From Eledone cirrhosa (lineage: Eukaryota): 64,000 nucleotides of DNA. The notes under the pieces were generated by a model, which was not told where the DNA came from, searched no databases, and saw only the letters and a program-made list of their open reading frames with translations. This document shows, piece after piece, positions 19,311 to 32,333 of this stretch. Within the stretch, counting starts at the first letter, position 1. The number at the start of each line of letters is the position of its first letter. The stretch spans positions 332,568,001 through 332,632,000 of the forward strand of contig OZ024742.1 in NCBI GenBank assembly GCA_964016885.1, read 5' to 3'. A program made the position numbers and the translations under genes.

Positions 19311-19641
19311 AAAGAAAAGTTCGGTCTACATCGCTGAATACAATAAATGTAATCTGAGTTTTTCGAATATTAATAATAACATTCGTTTCGTTTGCAATTT
19401 TGCAAACAAGCCTCAATTTTATAGCTATGTCAGGAGACACTTCATTCTTGCTCTTATGTTGGCATGCGAACAGAACTGCAGGCACTAATGTTTCTGGGTA
19501 TCACCCTTCATCAGTACAGCTCGCTGTTCACCTGCCAAACTGTCATTCTCCTGACATGGCTATAAAATTGAGGCTTGTTTGCAAAATAGCAAACGAATCG
19601 AATGTTATTATTAATATTCGAAAAATTCTGATTACATTTAT
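19311..19641 (-). mobile_element. Non-coding element with ~95-bp inverted arms enclosing an HHR
   Basis: Arms 19344-19436 and 19537-19641, with (TA)n flanks. Confidence 0.8.
19474..19522 (-). ncRNA. Hammerhead ribozyme motif, U16.1->C
   Basis: Minus strand reads GCUGUA-CUGAUGA-A-GGGU gau ACCC-A-GAAA-CAUUAGUG-CC-UGCAGU. Confidence 0.7.
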
Positions 19642-19748
19642 ATATATATATATATAAAAACATGAGAAGAATGAATACTGCGTGGTTGCACATGGGTTAC
19701 ATATGATAAAAATAGTCCTTCATCAGCGACATATATATGTGTGTGTGC

Positions 19749-19802
<54 letters not shown>

Positions 19803-20857
19803 CCGAAACATAACCGAATTAACCAGACAGGGAAACGATATTATACAATGACGATATATATATATGTGTGTGTGTGTGTGTTTTAATATCATCACTGCTG
19901 AACCGGGAGTGGGTTTCATAATATGCTTCCTACTAAAATACACCAAACGACTTGAGTCTTTTATTGCCTTTGACAAACAGAACCGAGCTGCGGTCCTTCC
20001 CGTGATAGTGATATTTGGGACTGACCAAGCCGAGGGAGCAAAGTCGGATTATTGGCACCTTAAGCCAGTTTCCCCAAGTAGACAGAACTCGTTATCTTTC
20101 CGTTGCAGTCTCTTTACAAGAACTGTCATAATGAGGTTGATGGGACACTTTAAAAATAATTAAAAATACCCATCTATACAACAGAGGAATCTTCAATAAG
20201 TTCTCTGGGAGTGAATGACATAGAGCTTTTTTAAGTTATTCTTCTAAGAGAGAGAAAATCTGGAGTGATACCTGCTGTTTAGGTGATTACTGGCCATCTT
20301 GCTTAGGGTTGTCATCAGATAATAATCATTGGGACTTTGAGGGTAGGACTTGTATTGTAATAGATTATATGATGTAGAGAAGTCTCTTTTACAGCTTTTT
20401 CACCTATCATTCTTTCTCTTCAGCCAATACGGACCACGACTCTAAATTATTAGCATCATACAGATATTGGGTATATCGTTGCAGTTATTAGGGTACTATG
20501 CACATTTGTTATTACTTCCATCGTTTCATGAACTCAGGAGAGGTAGTATAGGTGGGAGCAAACACGGTTCCCTAGTTGCATATGCTGATGTGTCCTATGT
20601 TGAAGTGTTATCAGTGCGAAGAGGGTGGAGCCATGGTCTTGTCTATTGCTGCTGGATTAAAACATCACCATCGTCCACATGGGAGATTGTAATCTTTCAG
20701 GAACAAGTGAGTTGATTGTTCTTACGGCTTTCATCTGACATGTATGTATGTAGTTATGTATGTAATGCTTGTATGTTTATGTGTATGTATGTATATATGC
20801 ATTTATGTAAGTATGTATGTAAATATACATACATACTTATGTAAGTATATATATATG

Positions 20858-20908
<51 letters not shown>

Positions 20909-21041
20909 ACCCCCCACTCTCCTGAGCGTGAATTTAATAAACATTTGTCGTACTGCCTCTCTGTTCTGTCCCTGTTCAATTTTTCATTATATATATATAT
21001 ACATATATACATACATATATATATAAATAATATGTATGTAA

Positions 21042-21083
<42 letters not shown>

Positions 21084-21789
21084 TTGTATATGTGTGCATT
21101 AGATGTATATACACACACACACACACATATATATATAAATATGTATATACATATACATATATATATATATCCCCACTCTCAAGAGCGTGAACCTAATAAA
21201 CTTTTGTTTGTACTGCCTCTGTTTATGTTCCCGTACCAGTTATATAATTGTTTCAACTATTATATAATTGTTTCTAGGCGAGAAATTAATGTATATCCTT
21301 ATGCGATTATTTCTACCGCAGTACATCAAGCAGTACATCAAGCACTGCTCCACACATTTGACTAGATACCTGATACGAAAACTCTTAAAATTCCCTCTGA
21401 CTCGGCTTCCTCTCGTCACTCTTATTGTGTCTATAACCTAGATGCAAGCAGAGATGTTGATTGTCCAACATTAGGTCAGTACGTACTTATCGAATTTTGG
21501 ATGATCAACATCTTATGAAATTTTTATATCATATACCCTATCAATTCCCGACTGAGGATACTATAATGGACGTATGCAACTTTGTCTAACGCCTCAGAAA
21601 TATACATAATAGTCATTATTTAATAAAGTGTATTATTACATATCTATTATATAATTCGTCGGATACCGCTCTGCGTGATATCAATCCTCCTTAGATGAGT
21701 ACAATTGACATGGAGTGCTTAAGCCTGATAACACCATAATTATTTGATTGTTGTGATAAAAAAGAACACTGACAATAATCATCAATATT

Positions 21790-21925
21790 AAAGTGCATTA
21801 CTGGTACTTTATCTTATCGACCCCGTAAGGATGAAACGCCGAAGTTAACTTTGCCTTTAATCCGTACTAGATCGATAACATAAAGTACCAGTAATGCACT
21901 GGATAATTGCTGGCCTTGTGCCAAA
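21790..21925. mobile_element. Two rearranged SINE fragments in inverted orientation
   Basis: gtgcattactggtactttat ... ataaagtaccagtaatgcac. Confidence 0.6.
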
Positions 21926-21956
21926 TGTAGGATCAATATTAAAACAACGTTATATG

Positions 21957-22076
<120 letters not shown>

Positions 22077-22467
22077 AATGCGTCGAGTAAAACACTATTG
22101 CTTTCGAGGTGATCATATTGTATGTTTTTTTTTTTTTTTTTTTGCCAAAGGATCGCAGGGGGCAACTGAGCCAAGACTTCATCTTAAATTTAGCAGAGAA
22201 TTTGAGCAGATTTATCGCCAATAGTGGTTACATCCAAGAGCATTTGACGAGTATAAACTTTCAGCTGAATGACAGATGTGTATGCCTTTACATATGCAGG
22301 GCAGCAGCACACAAGAGTGGCTGATGGAACTGCAAGCATTTATCAGATAGTTTTGTGCACCTGACATGTGCATGTCTTTGATTGATGCAAAATTAACGAC
22401 AGTTTTTATTGATGCTACTAAATAAACTCTACAGTACAACACCTTCAATCAAAGCATGTTTAAATAA

Positions 22468-23000
22468 TCATTCCGGATCATAATTGCCGTCTACTTCAAT
22501 AACAGCTCCTGTTTTTCTTGGCAAACGAGCGATACCACTCTTCAAAAGAATGACGATCCTTGGATGCAATCCACGCTTTGACATCAGCGACCATGTCATC
22601 CAAATCATTGTAAACTTTGCCCGACTGCCAATGTTTGAGTGAACGGTTGATGCGTTAGTCTCTAGAAGTATTAGTGGGAGAATCTGGAAAGTTGTAAAGC
22701 AATTCCCATATTTGTCGTAGAAGAATTTAGTTACTCGCTGTTCGACCAGTGGCCCCCAGCTTGTTATGGTGAAACACAACGTACTTTTATTTAGGACGTT
22801 TGGCTTTGATAGCTTCAAATGGAACGAGTTCAGCCAGATAGACATTACTGGAAACATTGTGCTACTACTGGTAATACACAGGCACTTCGTTGGAAATGCA
22901 TATATATTATATAAATCAATATATATTTCGTTTAGCAAGATTCTTTATCTGAAAGCGTGTGTTGAGACCGATATTGTTATGCTTTGGGAGGGTCATGTTG
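22468..23000 (-). pseudogene. Decayed mariner-type transposase C-terminus
   Basis: Frameshifted segments GKVYNDLDDMVADVKAWIASK and GIARLPRKTGAVIEVDGNYDPE resemble the mariner C-terminus (GI..L..RW...I...G.Y). Confidence 0.55.
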
Positions 23001-23436
23001 CCAATAAGAAACACACGCACCAGGTTTTCACTTCAATTTATTATAAATTAAATTTATAAATTTAGGAATTTATAAATTTCCGGTTGGTTGGTTGGTTCCA
23101 CAACCAGACGATTGTTCATATATTGTCAAAGTTCTTTAGTCACACATTCTGTGACTTCTTCAGTGACTGTGGATTCTTTTCTTTGTTTTTGTGCCTTTCC
23201 TTTGTTCTGTCCTACGCCATCTTGTTTTTGTGTGTGTTGTGTGCTTAGTTTGTGCATCTGTTACATCCGGGTGTCTGTGTGTGTTTATATTTGTTTATAT
23301 ATTTGTTTAATTACATGTTACTGGTTGGTTGTTTGAGAGACACATACAACACTTCATCCACCGTATGTAATTCTCTAGTTACAGTCAGAGAGATAAAATA
23401 ACAGTATATAGAGGAGCCAGAACCAAATGGGAAAAA

Positions 23437-24098
23437 ATGGTAAATAATGATACAAATGGGACCTGTCCCTTGTATAGGAGCAAATTTTGGAATAGAATAG
23501 AAAGAAGTAGGAATAAGGTTAATAGAATAAACTCATGGTATCATAGCAATAAATACCAGAGAGTAATGTTCATCGACACAACCCCTAGAGGTGAATTAGC
23601 TTACAAATTTAGAAGGGCCCTAGATAAACATAAACTCAATATTAAGATAGTAGAAAGACCAGGTACCTCCATAAAAACATTTATTAGCAATACATACCCT
23701 TTTCAAAGACCTCCCTGTATAGATAAGAAATGTATAATCTGTAAACTAAGCCCCATATTAACTGTAAAACTAGAAATGTAGTATATAGCATAGTATTTAC
23801 TGAAGGACAATGTAGAGATAAAAATATAGTGTACATAGGTGAGACAACTCGTAGTATAGGGGAACAGATAAATGAACACTGGCGAGAGCTTCAAGATAGT
23901 AAAGAATCATCTGTCCTCCACCAACATGCTAAAATAGAACATAACGGTAAATTAGAGAACATAGAAATAAAAATAGAATCTACACACAGAAAAGACGCAA
24001 TGTTTAGACAAATCACAAAGGCAATAAACATAAATGAACTCCAACCAAAATTAAATAGAAAACATGAATGGAATAGCAACACCACAACTTACAATTAA
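23437..24098 (+). pseudogene. PLE linker and GIY-YIG endonuclease (frameshifted)
   Basis: CIDKKCIIC, YIGETTRSIGEQINEH, SVLHQHAKIEH, LQPKLNRKHEW. Confidence 0.85.
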
Positions 24099-24297
24099 GG
24101 ATAAAATGAAAACACACACACACATAGAACATACAACCAACCAGTAACATGTAAATGAACAAATATATAAACAAATATAAACACACACAGACACCCGTAT
24201 ATAACACATGCGCAAACTAAGCATTCAACACACACAAAAACAAGATGGCGTAGGACAGAACAAAGGAGAGGCACATAAACAAAGAAAAGAATCCCCA

Positions 24298-24340
24298 GTC
24301 GTTGAAGAGGTCACAAAATGTGTGACGAAAGAACTTTGAC
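24298..24340 (+). ncRNA. Minimal HHR, degenerate; mirror copy at 23125-23167 (-)
   Basis: Consensus of the two arms is GUCA-CUGAAGA-GUCACA...UGUGAC-GAAA-GAAC-UU-UGAC. Each copy has a different core lesion. Confidence 0.7.
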
Positions 24341-24516
24341 AATATATGAACAACCGTCCCATTGTGGATCCAGCCAACCAACCAGAAATTCATAAATTTG
24401 CCTTTCATCCTTACTGGGTCGATAAACTAAAGTACCAGAAATGAAGTGGCTAATTGCTGGCTTGGTGCCATAAGTAGAAACAATTATTAATACAACTATA
24501 TATATATATATATGTA

Positions 24517-24710
24517 TAACGAAAGAATTGTGGTAAGGAACCAGATGGACCATAACGCCCAGTATACTAAATACTTAGGGTAGTAGAGTGGGTAATAGGA
24601 AAAAGTATGACCCCGACGGCAGAGCTCAAGCTGTTTTGACGGCTATTTCTGGACTCGAGAAATAGCCATCGAAACGGCTTGAGTTCCGCCGTCGGGGTCA
24701 TACTTGTTCC
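24517..24710 (-). mobile_element. Family A palindrome plus tail
   Basis: ggaaaaagtatgaccccgacggcagagctc...gccgtcggggtcatacttgttcc. Confidence 0.8.
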
Positions 24711-24755
24711 TATATATATATATATAGGAAAAAGTATGAATACTACTACTAGTAC

Positions 24756-24814
<59 letters not shown>

Positions 24815-24859
24815 TAAACAAATAATGAATAAACAATTCCTTATATTAAACAAAAAAAG

Positions 24860-25014
24860 TTCATTATTTAACGATCGTTTCTAGGATATATATGTGTTAG
24901 AATTGGTATGCATATTCAACAGATCTATGTACAAAATTATACAAAATTATACAAATTATCAAGATTAAATATACATACCAAACACATATATACGCCGTCT
25001 TCAGAAATAATGAA
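24860..25014 (-). ncRNA. HHR with extended stem II (inverted copy of 31749-31903)
   Basis: Reverse complement of the 31749-31903 motif. Confidence 0.8.
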
Positions 25015-25831
25015 GTATATTTATTGATAATAACAACAATTCAAAATTTCAGTTCAAAATTGACCAATGAAAACACAAAGGGTTAAATGCAGTTCGGTGT
25101 GTGTATATACATGTAAAACCCTTACACATATTTTACAAAAATGTATGTATAATTTGTATACGCATACTAAAAGGATGGATGCAAATACAAAATTTCAAGG
25201 TTAATGTCTCTGTAAGCTTACAATGCGCAGATAAGATGCGCATTGATACTTATGAAGTCAAGTATATAAATATATTTTTTCATACTCACACATATCAGTA
25301 CAATCACACATACACGCGCGTATATGCATAAATATACACATAACCACGAACATACAAACACACACACACACCCCCACTCACATTTATATATGTGGATATA
25401 AAATCATAAGCACATGGATATTAATTCACTCACATAAAACACTGGCACACACATTTTTAGATCAAGATACAGAAATTAGGTGGGAGGGGGGGGGAGGGGT
25501 CAGTATTCAACTGTCTGAGCAGACTGCCTAATATAAATGTATCTATAAATTAAGAAAAATAAAAAAATAAAACAATAAAATATAATAAATATAATATAAT
25601 ATACATACACATACAGATATATACACATACATACATGTACACACACATAGAAATATTTACGCATACACACATACACACATACATATACAGTCATACACAC
25701 ACATACACCTACACGAACATACACATACACATATATAAAGATATATATATACACACACACACACGCAACACATACACACATACACATATATATAAAAAAT
25801 AAATAATAAAGATATATACATATATATATAT

Positions 25832-25870
<39 letters not shown>

Positions 25871-25949
25871 CACACACATACATCTAAATATACATACACA
25901 TACATACATACATACATGTACATACATGTACATACATATACGTACATCG

Positions 25950-25988
<39 letters not shown>

Positions 25989-26266
25989 TAGACATATAGA
26001 TACATACACACACAACTTACATACACACATATATATATATACATGTATATTCATACATAGAATTAGATATATAATCATACATACATATGCACTTACTTAT
26101 ACTCATATATACAAATACATACGCATCCATATATGCGTATATACATAAAAAACCACTACAACCTCACCTAACTCAGACATACAAATAAAAATGATAATAA
26201 AAAGGCATATGTATATACATACACACACGCATTAATAGAGATATATATATACACACATACATACAC

Positions 26267-26299
<33 letters not shown>

Positions 26300-26581
26300 T
26301 ATATATATATATACACACACATACACTCATACATATATATATATATATATATACACATAGATATCCACACACTCATACCACCATAAATACACATACAAAC
26401 ACCCACATATACATATATATACACACGTATATATATATATATATATATACACACACATAAAAAACAGACATGCACATATATATATATTTTTTTACACTTA
26501 TATATACACATATTATATACACATACACAACCTCACTTATACACACATACACATAAGTTATATTATAATAATAAAAATATT

Positions 26582-28303
26582 AGGTGTAAATCTTCTGCTT
26601 CTTTCCTACAATTTGATATAGATAATTACTATTCTTCTATATCACCTATACTCCTGAACAAAGCATTGATATTTGCTAAAAATAGATCTAACTTAACTTT
26701 GGATGACATTAACATTATTACACATGCTAGACTAACACTTATTGAATTTCAGAATGAATACTGGACCAGAAACACATACAGTAATCTTTTTGATATTACT
26801 ATGGGTTCAAGCGATTCCGCCCAAATTACTGATCTTGTGGGCCTCTTTCTCCTTTTCAACATAAATGCCTCTTTTCCCCACCTCAAAGGTGGTTTATATC
26901 GTGATGACTGTCTTCTTCTTTCTAACAACCTTAGCCTTTCAGAAATCGAAAAAAACAAAAAACATATTAGAACTTTCCTTAAAGACTATTATAATCATAA
27001 TATTACTTTTGAAAAAACAAGTAAAGTAGTAAATTTCCTAGATATAACTTTAGATTTAGCTACGGGTATCTACCAACCTTACCATAAACCTAACCAAAAC
27101 TTACATTACATACACTCACAATCTAATCACCCTAAATCTATCCTTAAAAACCTTGCATATAATATATCACTTAGAATTTCTAACCTTTCTTCTAACCAAG
27201 ATGTATTTGATAAAAATGCGACCTTCTATAACGAAGCTCTAGATAGAAGTGGCCACAAAAATAGATTAGAGTATATACCTTCTACTAAAAATACTGAAAG
27301 CATACAACATAATATTACCAACAAACACCAAATGAAAAGTACACACCTAAATGCCACCCACACTATACCCCAAAATACTAAATCTTCTAATATAAAGTAT
27401 AGTAACTCTCAAAAAACTACTCATCATACAACTATAATAAATATTAATAATAAAACTCCTAATAAAAAGGATAAAACACCTAAATCTACAAATATAACTA
27501 AAAATAGTTGTGGTGAGATCATTAACATTAATCCTCCTAGTAAAAATCACGATACAACCTATAAAAATAATAAAAATAATAAACAACATAGAAACCGTAA
27601 TAGACGGGTTACTTGGTATAATGCTCCTTTTAATTTACAAGTTAAGGATAATATTGCTAAAAAATTTTTTTATATCCTTGAGAAAAACTTCCCGCCAAAC
27701 CACAAATACCATCAAATCTTAAATAGGTCTACAGTTAAATTCTCATACTCTACAACAAATAACATAAAACAAAATATAAGTGCATATAATGCATATAAAT
27801 GTAAGAAAACCATAAGTATACCACCAGTACATCAAATTAACCATAATATCTCCTCAAATACAGAATTAACGAAAGGATGTAACTGTAGAAACAAAGCAAA
27901 CTGCCCATTAAAAGGGAATTGTCTTGTTAACAACATAGTCTATAAATGTAATGTTAAAACTAAAGATTCTATTTGCTCATATATAGGAGCTACCTCTAAC
28001 AATTTTAAGACAAGGTTTAATACCCACAAGCATAGTTTTAAAAATGCCGCACTGGCTAATACAACATCTCTAGCAGAAAAAATCAATAGTTATAAAAATA
28101 AGAATATAAAATATGATTTGACCTGGAGTGTGCTCAAAAGAGCCACCCCTTATCAAAATAATAGAAATGAATGTAGATTATGTTCCCAAGAACTATTTGA
28201 AATAATGAAGTCTAAGGATATCTTATTAAATAAACGACAGGAATTAATTATATCGTGTAATCATAAACTAAAAAAAACATTTAAATATTATAAACCTAAT
28301 TAA
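26582..28303 (+). CDS. PLE reverse transcriptase-GIY-YIG endonuclease ORF (N-terminally truncated by the inversion)
   Basis: Frame open from 26582: FDIDNYYSSI, FDITMGSSDSAQITDLVG, GGLYRDD, VNFLDITLDL, linker CNCRNKANC (CxCx5C), IVYKC...SYIGAT..FKTRFNTH, CRLC...LNKRQE...CNH. Confidence 0.9.
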   Translation, partial: RCKSSASFLQFDIDNYYSSISPILLNKALIFAKNRSNLTLDDINIITHARLTLIEFQNEYWTRNTYSNLFDITMGSSDSAQITDLVGLFLLFNINASFPHLKGGLYRDDCLLLSNNLSLSEIEKNKKHIRTFLKDYYNHNITFEKTSKVVNFLDITLDLATGIYQPYHKPNQNLHYIHSQSNHPKSILKNLAYNISLRISNLSSNQDVFDKNATFYNEALDRSGHKNRLEYIPSTKNTESIQHNITNKHQMKSTHLNATHTIPQNTKSSNIKYSNSQKTTHHTTIININNKTPNKKDKTPKSTNITKNSCGEIININPPSKNHDTTYKNNKNNKQHRNRNRRVTWYNAPFNLQVKDNIAKKFFYILEKNFPPNHKYHQILNRSTVKFSYSTTNNIKQNISAYNAYKCKKTISIPPVHQINHNISSNTELTKGCNCRNKANCPLKGNCLVNNIVYKCNVKTKDSICSYIGATSNNFKTRFNTHKHSFKNAALANTTSLAEKINSYKNKNIKYDLTWSVLKRATPYQNNRNECRLCSQELFEIMKSKDILLNKRQELIISCNHKLKKTFKYYKPN

Positions 28304-28826
28304 TAACATTATTTTAGAAATTAATTTAATTTAAATGTTAGTTAACCTATAAATTTAATTTAATTAATATTTTATTACAGATGAGAATATAAAATATTAT
28401 GTAATCATAAATTGTGAAAAACCTTTAAATATTACTAATATATACTTAGTAATTTAATTTATAGATTAATTTTAATTTATTTAAACCTTTTATTATAATT
28501 CTTTTACAGATAAAATATAACAAAATAATATCGTGTATCCAATGACAGAGAAATAATTTTTAGTATTATAGACCTAATTAATATACATTTTAGAAATATA
28601 TTTATTATTTGGTTTTAGTTTTAATCAACCTAAAAATTTTAATTTTAATTTGCTTAAAATTAGTATCCTTATACAGACGAATTGCAGAATGTCATGTAAT
28701 CATAGAATGGGATGTGTTTTGGATATATACCTAGTTAATATATTCTATGCAATTTTTTGAAAAAGATATGTATATGTATATGTGTATGTGTATGTGTGTG
28801 TGTGTATGTATATGTGTATGTATGTA

Positions 28827-28869
<43 letters not shown>

Positions 28870-30002
28870 ATATATATGTATATATGTATGTGTATGTATA
28901 TGTATATGTATGCGTATTAATTTTGATTTCTATTTGCATATAATTATATTATGCTATTGATGAAATACAATATCTGCTTTATGTATTGTATACCTAATTA
29001 ACATATACTATTGAAATAAATATATAATTTTTAATTTAGTTAACATATAATTTATATTCTACTACCGATGTAATACTTTATTTTATTTTTATTTGTGTTT
29101 TTTTTTTTTTTTTTTTTTTCCCTATTACTAAATTCATTTCCTAATATTGATACCATAACGTTATTAACTTTAATTTAGTTATACTGTAATTAATAATCTA
29201 CTACTGTTTAACTTCAAAATTCTGCTTCAAATATTATAAACCTAACTAATTTACACCTTAGAAATCAATATGTTGACTATCTTTGGTTTAGTTAACATAT
29301 GATTAATGGTATACTTATTTATTTTGAGATGCATAGATTTTGCCTTAGTTCTTGTTTGTTGTATTTCCTAACACTGAAAATATGTAAGAACATACATTGG
29401 ATAAAAATACGGAAAATATTCTATGTCTCTTGAAACATATATTTACTTTGATCCCCTTCTCCAAACCCCCCCCTTTCCCCCATACTATTATCATCTGTAT
29501 TTGTAAGCGTCTATGTATGAATATATATGTAGGTAGGTGTCTATATAGGTTTGGGTATTTATATCTAAATATAAAAATACATATATGCGCATGCAAATAT
29601 GAATGTAAGATTGCGTGTGTATATATGAGTGTGTATATGTATGTATATATGTGTATATATGCATTATATATGTATGTGTATGTGAATGTGTGTACGTATA
29701 TGTGTATGTATGTGTATATATGTGTATATATGTGTATGCATGTATATATAGGAATATATATATGTATATATATATGTATATGTATATGCGTGTGTATGTA
29801 TGTGTGTGTATGTGTGTTGTATATATATGTATGTCTCTCTATTTATATGTTTATCTTCGTATCTATGTGATATATGTGTGTGTGTGTGCATGTATGCATA
29901 TGTATGTGTTTATGTGTATATGTGTGTGTGTGTGTATATATGTGTGTGTGCACACACACACATATATATATGTGAGTGTGTATATGTGTCTGTGTATATG
30001 TA

Positions 30003-30060
<58 letters not shown>

Positions 30061-30146
30061 TGTCTATGTGTGAATATATGTCTATATTCGTATGTGTGTA
30101 TTTATGTATGTATATGTTTATATGTATGTATGTATATGTATGTATG

Positions 30147-30184
<38 letters not shown>

Positions 30185-30472
30185 TATATTATTCTTTATT
30201 ATTATAATATAACTTATGTGTATGTGTGTATAAGTGAGGTTGTGTATGTGTATATAATATGTGTATATATAAGTGTAAAAAAATATATATATATGTGCAT
30301 GTCTGTTTTTTATGTGTGTGTATATATATATATATATATATACGTGTGTATATATATGTATATGTGGGTGTTTGTATGTGTATTTATGGTGGTATGAGTG
30401 TGTGGATATCTATGTGTATATATATATATATATATATATGTATGAGTGTATGTGTGTGTATATATATATATA

Positions 30473-30503
<31 letters not shown>

Positions 30504-30781
30504 GTGTATGTATGTGTGTATATATATATCTCTATTAATGCGTGTGTGTATGTATATACATATGCCTTTTTATTATCATTTTTATTTGTATGTCTGAGTT
30601 AGGTGAGGTTGTAGTGGTTTTTTATGTATATACGCATATATGGATGCGTATGTATTTGTATATATGAGTATAAGTAAGTGCATATGTATGTATGATTATA
30701 TATCTAATTCTATGTATGAATATACATGTATATATATATATGTGTGTATGTAAGTTGTGTGTGTATGTATCTATATGTCTA

Positions 30782-30822
<41 letters not shown>

Positions 30823-31748
30823 CGATGTACGCATATGTATGTACATGTATGTACATGTATGTATGTATGTATGTGTATGTATATTTAGATGTATGTGTGT
30901 GTATATGTATATATATATATATATATATGTATGTGTATATATATATATGTATATATCTTTATTATTTATTTTTTATATATATGTGTATGTGTGTATGTGT
31001 TGCGTGTGTGTGTGTGTATATATATATCTTTATATATGTGTATGTGTATGTTCGTGTAGGTGTATGTGTGTGTATGACTGTATATGTATGTGTGTATGTG
31101 TGTATGCGTAAATATTTCTATGTGTGTGTACATGTATGTATGTGTATATATCTGTATGTGTATGTATATTATATTATATTTATTATATTTTATTGTTTTA
31201 TTTTTTTATTTTTCTTAATTTATAGATACATTTATATTAGGCAGTCTGCTCAGACAGTTGAATACTGACCCCTCCCCCCCCCTCCCACCTAATTTCTGTA
31301 TCTTGATCTAAAAATGTGTGTGCCAGTGTTTTATGTGAGTGAATTAATATCCATGTGCTTTTGATTTTATATCCACATATATAAATGTGAGTGGGGGTGT
31401 GTGTGTGTTTGTATGTTCGTGGTTATGTGTATATTTATGCATATACGCGCGTGTATGTGTGATTGTACTGATATGTGTGAGTATGAAAAAATATATTTAT
31501 ATACTTGACTTCATAAGTATCAATGCGCATCTTATCTGCGCATTGTAAGCTTACAGAGACATTAACCTTGAAATTTTGTATTTGCATCCATCCTTTTAGT
31601 ATGCGTATACAAATTATACATACATTTTTGTAAAATATGTGTAAGGGTTTTACATGTATATACACACACCGAACTGCATTTAACCCTTTGTGTTTTCATT
31701 GGTCAATTTTGAACTGAAATTTTGAATTGTTGTTATCAATAAATATAC

Positions 31749-31903
31749 TTCATTATTTCTGAAGACGGCGTATATATGTGTTTGGTATGTATATTTAATC
31801 TTGATAATTTGTATAATTTTGTATAATTTTGTACATAGATCTGTTGAATATGCATACCAATTCTAACACATATATATCCTAGAAACGATCGTTAAATAAT
31901 GAA
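31749..31903 (+). ncRNA. Type-I HHR with ~115-nt stem II
   Basis: UUCAUUAUUU-CUGAAGA-[long hairpin]-GAAA-CGAUCG-UU-AAAUAAUGAA. Stem I is 10 bp, stem III is the palindrome ACGAUCGU, GUU site at 31891-31893. Confidence 0.85.
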
Positions 31904-32142
31904 CTTTTTTTGTTTAATATAAGGAATTGTTTATTCATTATTTGTTTAATATTTTATCTTGACTCTGTATACCGTTTATCTTTCACCGAAAGTGGTTTTT
32001 CATTACATCTCTTCTTTCCATGATATCCGGAATACATTGAGTTCTTCATACGGATTGGACACTACCGTAAACTCTTGGTAGATTTATCTACATATATATA
32101 TATATATATATATATATGAAAAAGTATGAATACTACTACTAC

Positions 32143-32173
<31 letters not shown>

Positions 32174-32265
32174 ATATATATACGTTATTCCGGGTTGAAT
32201 CGGAGGTAACCTCAGTAAGGAAGGTACTCAATACATTGCAGAGTATAACAGTTTTAATATAGATG

Positions 32266-32316
32266 AGATTCTACAGGACTAGAACTGTTTCATTCTTTAG
32301 AAATCATCAGGAATCT
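32266..32316 (-). ncRNA. HHR (inverted copy of 34559-34609)
   Basis: Reverse complement of the 34559-34609 motif. Confidence 0.8.
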
Positions 32317-32333
32317 GGGTATCAAAAAATATT

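Larger units (their letters stand above)
23067..24399 (+). mobile_element. 5'-truncated Penelope-like element with inverted pLTR
   Basis: Inverted arms ~23067-23335 and ~24134-24399 flank GIY-YIG coding remnants. Confidence 0.85.
24806..32091 (+). mobile_element. Young Penelope-like (Naiad-like) element, 5'-truncated, with ~1.77 kb inverted duplication of its 3' region
   Basis: 24806-26575 is a near-identical reverse complement of 30195-31957. An uninterrupted RT-GIY-YIG ORF lies between the arms. HHR near the 3' end and (TA)n flanks. Confidence 0.92.
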
